Shown here: piece by piece, positions 56,001 through 64,000 of the stretch
Position numbering within the stretch: position 1 is the stretch's first letter
Layout of the letters: every line of letters begins with the position of its first letter
DNA from: Oculina patagonica
Lineage: Eukaryota
Assembly: GCF_052425735.1 (NCBI RefSeq)
Contig: NC_135762.1
Coordinates: forward strand, 5,332,001-5,396,000
Direction of reading: 5' to 3'
Length of the DNA: 64,000 bases
Program-made: the position numbers and the translations under genes
The notes under the pieces: model-generated
Told to the model about the DNA's origin: nothing
What the model saw: the letters and a program-made list of their open reading frames with translations, nothing else
Databases searched by the model: none

Positions 56001-58336
56001 TCGCGAAAATGGAACGGGCATATTTCGCAGGACTTAAATTTTGCCATTTTGGCCAAAAAAAAATACGTTTAAAGGAACTAAATTTCGCAAAAATTGTCAA
56101 AATACTGGTCTGCATTAACAAACAGTTAAGTCTCAAAATTGGCACAACTGATTATAATTTTCCACAGCAATAGTTTCCAATGACACTGAACAGAACCATA
56201 TAACAAGACGAAACCGGCTTAAAACAGTTTGACATGTTCCTTTGTAACAAAGTAGAGCTAGTTTGACGACTGTACCAACTAAGATAATTATATAGTAAAC
56301 TGACGGCAACGTTGATTAATCATAAGGGATTATATAGAAGGGTATTAAAGTTTGCGATGTTATTTTTCGCGGGTCTTTAATTTTGCGATTTTTTGAAAAT
56401 CGCGAAAATTAAGTCCTTCGAAAATAAGTAACAATAAGGTATGTGTAGGTCAGATTACAGTAAACAGAGAAAAATAGGTGTGTCTTTGATGCCCAGGTAC
56501 TCATTGAGATTTTCGCCTTTCTATGTTTCCTTGTGCTTAATAATCCAACAATCCCACATAGAACCCGAAAACTCCCCAGGAGAAAAAGTGGTGCCTGGGT
56601 ATACGAGGCAGAATTATTATTAAATTTTAAAAATTTTCTTTTCTCACTTCAGGATAAACTTGACCTTAACTACACAGCTGTAAAAGATGATGTTAATAAA
56701 ACATGGAAAGGAACTGCCATAATACCATTAGAATACTTCCCGCCTGGCGTGTCAAAGCTAAACGCATTTGCCATCCATGGGTCTGGAGACAAGAGACAGT
56801 ATGAAGCCCTTTACCCGGCTTCCAAGGAGTTCAACACACCTGACTTGTAAGTTTATTGTGTTTTCCCAGAAAATATCCATACTCCTCCCATGGAAGGTCT
56901 TTTGGTTTGCCCCCTTTCCCCCCCCCCCCCCTTACCCCTCTGGAAATTGCAGTTAAGCCCCATACCTTCCTTTAAAAATTTTGGCTTTTGCAGGGTTCTG
57001 GAAAGTCATGGAATTTAAGTGTTGGGATGAAAACTCATGGAAAATGTTATTGATTGTTCAAAATAAATAAGGCAGGTAACTTTTGGTGAAGAAAAGGGTA
57101 AAAACAAACCCGAAATCAAGATAATTTTTGAACATTTCCAAGAAAAATGGCCATATTTAGGTCATGGTAAACTTTGAAAAGTCATGGAAAAGGCCATGGA
57201 AAGTCATGGAATTTCGAAAGCTCGAAAGAGTATGAACCCTGTTTTGAGACACCCTAACTCCCTTGGAATTTAGCGTAGCGAGTGATTTACACGTGCTTTA
57301 GTTAGGGCGTAAACCAAATTGTTGGAATGCAGGTCTTTCAGTAGTTTCTCTAATGAAAATAAGTTCACTATGTAGGCTGGAGCAAGACCATGTATGGCTT
57401 TCAAACTAATCAACAATTTTTTTAAAAACTATATGTTATTTAACAGACGCGGTGGCCTAATGGTTAGTGCACCGGACCCCGGATCCAGCGGTCCGGGTTC
57501 GAGGCCTGGCCGGGGTCATTGTGTTGTGTTCTTGGGCAAGACACTTTACTCTCATAGTGCCTCTCTCCACCCAGGTGTATGAATGAGTACCGGCGACATA
57601 ATGCTGGGGGGGGGGTACCCTGCGATGGACTAGCATCCCATTCAGGGGGGGGGAGTAGAAATATTCCTAGCCGCTTAATGCTATCGAAACCGGGATAAGC
57701 TCCAGCAGTAAAGGCCAATTGGCTTGAGGCTTCCCTTTATTATTTAACAGGCAGCCAGTGCAATGACTAATAGAATGTTACTCCACCGGACTTTCCACCA
57801 GCAGGTGGGGGGAAGTGGGGGTCACTCAATCTGGAGTACACCACCCCACTGCACTACCCACCCCCACACAGTCCATACCAATGAACATGTTATCATTACT
57901 TAAGTGAGGTTCAAAACGAATTGCCAGTACAGCTACCAAAGATGATCATTGACAAATTATGATTGCAGGCCTGACTTTCAATAAAGTCCCTGGCAACAGG
58001 ATGAAGGGGTGGGGGAAGTCACTCAATCTAGAGTCCACCCCCACCCCCACTGCACCACTCACCCTCACACAGTCCAAAACCAACGAACTTGTTTTCGTTA
58101 CATAAGTGAGTCTCAAAGTGAATTGCCATTACAGCTACCAAAGATGATCGTTGACAAATTCTGCTTTTAGCCACAGATACATACCGATTTGAACAGATTT
58201 TAACCTTGCTCATAATTTGTTTTTGATCACCTCTCTTTTCAGCCACCGCCTTCAGTTTTTCAAGGACTTTGATTTCAAGGCATTGTTCCCGGGATCCTGG
58301 ACACAACCAGATTCAACTTACTGGACTAATATATAA
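53061..58336 (+). CDS. C4orf33: UPF0462 protein C4orf33 homolog, 6 exons
   Basis: Exons 53061-53075, 53768-53954, 54724-54781, 55329-55380, 56653-56846, 58243-58336. Motifs TWNGEPVNH, ELWEYEVAEIFFL, YLEIELCPHGQHLVLLL, YFPPGVSKLNAFAIHGSG, PDFHRLQFF. Confidence 0.92.
53447..53616. mobile_element. Palindromic MITE, 9-bp TSD GGGTAAACT
   Basis: CATCCTTGGAGACCC...GGGTCTCTGATGATG. TSD at 53438-53446 and 53617-53625. Confidence 0.8.
57447..57739 (+). mobile_element. Full-length tRNA-derived SINE
   Basis: A-box GTGGCCTAATGG and B-box GGGTTCGAGGCC. 11-bp TSD TTATTTAACAG at 57436-57446 and 57740-57750. Fragments also at 23520-23945. Confidence 0.88.
57820..58160. repeat. Local diverged direct duplication (about 140 bp x 2)
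   Basis: GTCACTCAATCT.GAGT.CACC...ACAGCTACCAAAGATGATC.TTGACAAATT occurs twice. Confidence 0.8.
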
Positions 58337-58525
58337 GATACTGTAAGGCGTCAAGGAACAAGTCTTAAGCACTTCATAAACTTTGTTCATCAACTAAGAG
58401 ACAAGATTTTGCCAAGAAATTCATTTTATTTCCAAAGCCAAGAGGCTACTTGCTTTTTACAATGTTTAACTGCCAGAAATTTCTTTAAAGAGGGAAACAA
58501 AAAATTGTTTGGAGAAGTTTGGGTA

Positions 58526-58788
58526 CCGTATTTTCTCAATTAAACGCCCCCGGCGTTTATTTCAAACTTGGCTCCATTGACCCACGCGTTTATTTGAATG
58601 TTGCAGTTTATTGGAGCAAAATGTTTATTAAAGGAGGGTTTTAAATCATTATTTGTGACATGAACGTAATTTGCCATCATACCTAAAGCATGTTACACCT
58701 CAAATAAATGCCTGGAAGGCTTACTTACCACTCTAGCTCGGAGACCCGGCGTTTATTCGGGGCCCGGCGTTTAATCGAGAAAATACGG
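58526..58788. mobile_element. TA-TSD MITE (CCGTA termini)
   Basis: TA-CCGTATTTTCTCAATTAAACGCC ... GGCGTTTAATCGAGAAAATACGG-TA. Confidence 0.85.
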
Positions 58789-58931
58789 TATTCAAGAAAT
58801 TTGGGTTAAATTGTAGTGTTAGACAGAAAGAAGCAAATCAGTTCTAAGGAAAACAACTTTTTGTTCGAGTCGCTGGGATATTTGTGAAAATGAGAGATTA
58901 AAAAAATCAGTATTGTTATGCAGAGTTTTTG

Positions 58932-61454
58932 TTAATGTATCAATTTCCATGAGAAGTTCACAGTGTATTTCCAGCTCCAGTTGATGTTAGGATCAAGTTG
59001 AATGACAGCTATTAAAAAGTGGATTGCACCAGGTCCCAGCTTTTTGTGTAAAGGAGTCCTTTCTGACACTTGCATGTTGTTGAGTGACAGCTGAAGCTCG
59101 ATGGTATATGAAACAAAACTGCATGAATTAGCAGCCTCAATTACCACACCACTCTCGTGTTCACGTAAAAGGATAAAAAGGCAGTTCTCATGCATGTTAT
59201 CAGCTCTTGTTACACAATAAAAAACATTGCCATAATGTTGCCATTTAGGGGTTGGTGGTTCTCTGGTTGTGGCAGTAGTTTCTGTCCTAGCAGAAGATAA
59301 GTAAGACTTTGTGACTGAGTTATTTCTTGGATCTCCTTGTTTACAGATACAGAGTCTTAAATCAACTCCCTTATCTGCACAGGTCCGATAAATGCCATAT
59401 TCACTAAACCTTGTGTACTCAATCAACTCCATGTTCATTGAGACACTTCCAGTGATCACTTGAACTGTGGCTGAAAACAATTCCTGATCTTGGATGTAAA
59501 TATCAAGCGAGATTGTGAGGGTTTCACCCTCTCTCTTTTCTCTCACATTATCAATCCTTTCTCCCTTGAGCCTTTCACAAGATCCAAAACCAGAAATTGT
59601 TCTTTTTCTTTGGGAGTTTTTAAGAAATTGACTCTGTATCTTGTCATTGAGTTGACCAAGTGCAAATTCAGCTATAATGAAGTGAAATGAGTTTGCATGG
59701 ACTTTTGCTTCCCATCCTTGACAAATACAAACAGAAGAGCTGAGAAGTTGCAGGTCTTCACAACTTCTATTTTTTGAAATTGGTTGAAACAGACCTAGAT
59801 TTGGCTGCAGGCCCTCATTGCCGATATCTGCAGCAACTGCCATTAAGGTGTAATGTAAATCAGTGATGGATACTAATCTTTTTTGATTCTGTTTTAATGT
59901 CCACACTTTGTTCTTGCCAAGCAGGTTTTGAACTCGTTTTGGTATTACCATAAACAGGTGTGGTTGAAATACTTCAAACCGTCCCTCCATTGTCTTAGGA
60001 AAAGAGCCATAAGTATTACCATGGTCTGATAGTATTATGCTTAAAGTGTTTGGGTCAGCAGCTAAAGTCTTCACAAATTTTGCGAGTGATTCATCAAAAG
60101 TCTGAATTCTTAATCCACTGTCTTCATGCCCCACATTCAGCATTGAAAAAGAAAACAGAGGTTTCTTGTTTGAATCCGAGTCTATTTCCTGGAGAACATT
60201 TTCCAAGAAGTGTAAAAAGAAGCTATGATAATGTTTTCCTCCATAGCACATCTTAGAAGGACCATGAAAAAGCTCTGGAACTCCAAAATTCTTTAAAACT
60301 TCACAGCTCGAGTGAGTGATTCCCGTAAAATCGATGGAGTTCTTCTTTAATGCGGATGTTAAGTTGTGCCATATTTCTTTTAGTGGTAAACTGCTGTTCA
60401 TAACTTTCAAGTCCCGAACCATTCCCCATTCATATGTCCAACACATGTCTTCTTGCCACATTGTCTGATAACCCAGAGATTTAAACTTGTCAAAAATGAC
60501 GCCTGCTTTGACAGGGACAGGATTAACAAACTGATCAATGTCCAGAAGTTCTCCAGAGAACAAGGCATGCATGTTCTCAAATGTCCTTTGTTTAATGGCA
60601 TGAAATAACTCAAAATCAAGTACCAATGCTGATGAATTTTTATTAATGCTTTTGAACGCCTTGACAGTTTGCGGTAGAGAGCGATAAAAGTGAGGTCTGG
60701 AGACAGAATCAATTAGCATAATGTTGATGTTAATTGGCTTTAATTTATACTGAAATTTACTACGGGATTTATCAGCTGTTGCACTTTTGGGTGGAAGAAG
60801 AAAAAGTTGAGTTTTGGCTGTTGGATTCCAAAATTCATCACACCTTAGAAAAGCAAAAGGGTAGTATTCTTCTGTAGGTGTACTTTGAATATAGTTATTC
60901 AGCACTTTCTCTACATCTTGAAGAAATGAAAAGTGTCTCCAACTAAGGGAACCATCACGTGGATTGATGAAGCCCACAGAAATAATGTCTGATGACCCAC
61001 AGCTTGTGGTATGACATTCAACTTTGGGAAATCCTCCGCGTGTTTTCTCCATTCTACACAAATTCACCTGAGAGGTATTGTTGCAAGTTCTATTCACTGC
61101 ATCCGTCGTGAAGACAGACTTCGCAAAGGCACACGCCTCTTCTCGCACAGTGGGCAGACGACAGGATGCCGACGCGGTTGAAAACGGCTTGCTGTGAATG
61201 GAAAGCTTAGGACATGCTGAGGTTGTTGTGTTGGTTAAAGCATGAATCAGTTTGTAACGCAATACCTTCGGCCAGTCTTTGACAGAATTCCACTTTCGAT
61301 ACTCATCTGAATACTTTGTTAGATAATCCGATCCATCCAAAAATAAGATTTGATAAACCAAAACTGTAGCCGCTAAAGACGTCAGAGAGAGAAGGCAAAA
61401 CATCCATATCTTCTTGACGTGACGAAGCCTGCACTTTAAACATGAACGAAGCAT
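58932..61454 (-). CDS. DUF229-family (alkaline phosphatase/sulfatase-like fold) type II membrane protein, single exon, about 840 aa
   Basis: N-terminal TM anchor. Motifs NIMLIDSVSRPHFYRSLPQT, FKSLGYQTMWQED, IILSDHGNTYG, NQKRLVSITDLHYTL, GLFQPISKNRSCEDL. Likely start is MLRSC at 61454. Confidence 0.85.
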   Translation of the reverse strand: MLRSCLKCRLRHVKKIWMFCLLSLTSLAATVLVYQILFLDGSDYLTKYSDEYRKWNSVKDWPKVLRYKLIHALTNTTTSACPKLSIHSKPFSTASASCRLPTVREEACAFAKSVFTTDAVNRTCNNTSQVNLCRMEKTRGGFPKVECHTTSCGSSDIISVGFINPRDGSLSWRHFSFLQDVEKVLNNYIQSTPTEEYYPFAFLRCDEFWNPTAKTQLFLLPPKSATADKSRSKFQYKLKPININIMLIDSVSRPHFYRSLPQTVKAFKSINKNSSALVLDFELFHAIKQRTFENMHALFSGELLDIDQFVNPVPVKAGVIFDKFKSLGYQTMWQEDMCWTYEWGMVRDLKVMNSSLPLKEIWHNLTSALKKNSIDFTGITHSSCEVLKNFGVPELFHGPSKMCYGGKHYHSFFLHFLENVLQEIDSDSNKKPLFSFSMLNVGHEDSGLRIQTFDESLAKFVKTLAADPNTLSIILSDHGNTYGSFPKTMEGRFEVFQPHLFMVIPKRVQNLLGKNKVWTLKQNQKRLVSITDLHYTLMAVAADIGNEGLQPNLGLFQPISKNRSCEDLQLLSSSVCICQGWEAKVHANSFHFIIAEFALGQLNDKIQSQFLKNSQRKRTISGFGSCERLKGERIDNVREKREGETLTISLDIYIQDQELFSATVQVITGSVSMNMELIEYTRFSEYGIYRTCADKGVDLRLCICKQGDPRNNSVTKSYLSSARTETTATTREPPTPKWQHYGNVFYCVTRADNMHENCLFILLREHESGVVIEAANSCSFVSYTIELQLSLNNMQVSERTPLHKKLGPGAIHFLIAVIQLDPNINWSWKYTVNFSWKLIH

Positions 61455-61683
61455 TGGCAAATAAAATTTAAGCTCGAGCAGTTGTGTGTTCCCGGCATCG
61501 GTGATGAAATTGGAAAGTTGCACCTGTCCTGGGAAGCAGACTAGCCAAAATACCACCTGTCCTTAACAAGAAACCACACAAAGTAGTCCAAAACAATCCC
61601 TCAAATTGCTTTGTACGTCCGCCATTTTGAAATTGACTCGTCAGCCGAGTGAGCCTGCAAAATACACCGCATGCCAATTCAAC

Positions 61684-62631
61684 ATGGCGGAATTTATGGA
61701 TATGGAACACGGTGAAGATTACAAGAGAAAGCCTTCTGCAGAATCGAACGCGAGATTGCACCGAAAATGTAAAGAAAGACTTGCAAAAGCCTGTCGTTCT
61801 TGTAAGTAGTCGAAAGGGGGACCCTTGACCTTATGAAAGGGCTATTTACAATTCGAGGTGGCGTGATGCAATCACGCGAGGTTTCTCGGACAATCAAAAA
61901 ATGACATTTAACATTCTGAACGCTTGTCTATCTCTTTTTTAGCTTCGTATGTGAGATTCATGTTGGATGCTATGAGTAAACTAGGATGGTGAGTACCTAA
62001 AAGAACCGAGCGATTGATATAAACTTTAATATATGAATCAAAATTAATGTTTATTATCAAATCTCGACGGATTATTGTTTTATAAAAGCACGTGTACAAG
62101 TGTTCGAACACCGCCCATCTGACATGAGGTCATGTGAAATTCGAGACATGGGGTGGGGAAAATCACTCAAGGAAAACAAAGAGATAGCAAAAGCCAGGCT
62201 CTTGTAGAAATTATCTGATTTTCTAAAAAAAGTTCTTGTGTTCTTATCGACCTTCAATATTTGAGCCCTTGATTGGATTAATCATTATCCTCAAAGCTTC
62301 TTTAGATTAATTATGAAGGAAATAGTCTAAAATATTCAGGGACAGAGGTGGGTATCTTAGGAGCTTTATCTTGTGGTTCCATAATTTTCGATACTCACCC
62401 ATGGTGTTGGCATCCCTTGTGATAACCATATGAAACACCCACCTCCTCAACACCACCCCCCCCCCCCGCCCCCCCTTCCTTCTTAAAAAAAAGTAAGGGA
62501 AGCAAAAGTAGAAATAGTTTAACAATAACTTCTTTGTGGTTTACTTCAGTGCTGTGGATCCAGAAAAGCACCTAGTATGTGAACCCTGTGATCCAAAGCT
62601 GGTTGGAGGGTTTGATCATGATGCTAAGGAG
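61684..62631 (+). CDS. ATP23: Mitochondrial inner membrane protease ATP23 homolog, first 3 exons (rest not seen in this window)
   Basis: Exons 61684-61801, 61943-61988, 62550-62631 give ...SSYVRFMLDAMSKLGCAVDPEKHLVCEPCDPKLVGGFDHDAKE. Confidence 0.8.
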
Positions 62632-64000
62632 GTAAACAAGCTACAGTTGTATAATATGTTTTTATTGCACCGCCACAGTGAAATCCCCCAAGGGGGGACT
62701 TCAATATGAAAGGGGCGGCCATGCTCATCATCTCACTTAGGGGTATAAAATTGGGATATTGCCCGGGGGGGGGGGTACTCCATATAGTGGCCTATACGGG
62801 GAGGCTCTGCCCGAAAGGGGTACCTTTTTCAGGCTTCAGGTATATAAAGGCTAGGGATTTCACAAGTCTAGGTATATGAAAGGGTATGTAAATCCATCAT
62901 TTAGGTTTTTTAAGGGCCTTGAATTAAAATATTTCGAACAGACGCACTTTATGGCTGTATTATTTTAATTTATAAAGCGCAACATGAAAATGACAAGAAA
63001 ACGTCCTGTTCTAAGTCTATGCCAAGTCTTTTAGGTATATGAAAGGGGTACCTTTTTTCAGTAAAAGGTATACAAAAGGGGTACAATTTCTGTGAAAGTC
63101 AGTGGTATATAAAAGGGGGGATAAGGGGTAAGAGCTTGGGGCGGAGCCTCCCCGTATAAAACTTTTTTGAGTGCCCTCCCGGGGGGGGCCCCCAGGGGCA
63201 ATGATTTTGGTCTCACTTAGGGTGTTCCGAGCAAAATACCACAAAATAGGGGGTGCACACTAAGAAATATAAAATAAATATAAATTATATTTTAAGTATT
63301 TAAGTATCCTTTTAGAGGTCCAAAAAAGTTTGAGCCATGCCCAAATTGGTCTCTGTTAGGGGTTCTTTTCAAAACTTGCAATGAGCATCCCCATCCCTTT
63401 CATATGGGTCCCCCCCCCCCCAAGGTGAAATCAACCCTCACAGCCATTCTATTGTCAATGAGGCTATATTGTCTTTACAACCACTTTACTTTAGTGCAAG
63501 CATATGGTCCCCCTTACCCACATTTAGAGGTTAAGTTTTGTGCATTAAGCAGTGAACAAGAATTGAGTCCAACAGTTAAGTACATATAATTAATCAAAGA
63601 TCTCTTCGAGATATCGACTTTTTTTGCATGAAGTTAGTATGAGTAGAAGGTTTATCCTGGGCATTGTTGTTCGAACATATCATGGAAGAATTCAAACGTC
63701 TTTCAGTTCAAGCATTTTTTTATTTTCGCGGAGTAAATGCTGTACTTGTCAGTCGCGACGGCTGGGTGCTTTGCGACTCATATACTTTGGCTTGGTTAAA
63801 AAAGGTAAACTTTGACGTTTGCCTTTAACATGTTTAATCGAAATAGTTGTTTCCTTTCCAGTTAGAAAGATTTCTACTCGGCTTAATGCAGAAAAATAAC
63901 GCCTGATCGCAAGTTAGGTTACGCACGATAGAGTTACCTTTTGTCTCGTCACGCAATCTTAACCCCACATTGAGAAGTAAATTTTCGTTTGGATATTACC

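Noticed and set aside
57938-57978. C/D box snoRNA in a C4orf33 intron
   Set aside because: The C box is imperfect, the span is only about 40 nt, and the D box is not retained in the duplicated copy.

Overview
Eukaryotic, AT-rich, intron-containing genomic DNA. The repeat families and gene content point to a cnidarian, most likely a stony coral (inference). Bases 1-15.6 kb are non-coding: a diverged ~1.9-kb tandem unit, a near-identical 4.2-kb tandem duplication, and a 3.4-kb TIR element with a 5-bp TSD. Nine protein genes follow: a membrane-anchored LURP-one/Tubby-C-like protein, a GEX1/Brambleberry-family protein, a DED + coiled-coil + NHL-repeat protein, a TSSK kinase head-to-head with CCDC169, a 7TM GRL-like protein, a C4orf33 homolog, a DUF229 protein, and the 5' part of ATP23. 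The most striking structure lies in introns at 32.4-47.2 kb. Three unrelated Penelope-like retroelements (PLEs) each form an inverted (fold-back) insertion with a TSD, a one-sided tail and a hammerhead ribozyme (HHR) motif on both strands. A fourth, free-standing canonical type I hammerhead sits nearby. Many SINEs and MITEs with readable TSDs are present, including a group with 9-bp TSDs whose largest member carries an OTU/vertnin-like fragment. All calls were made by eye and no database searches were run.
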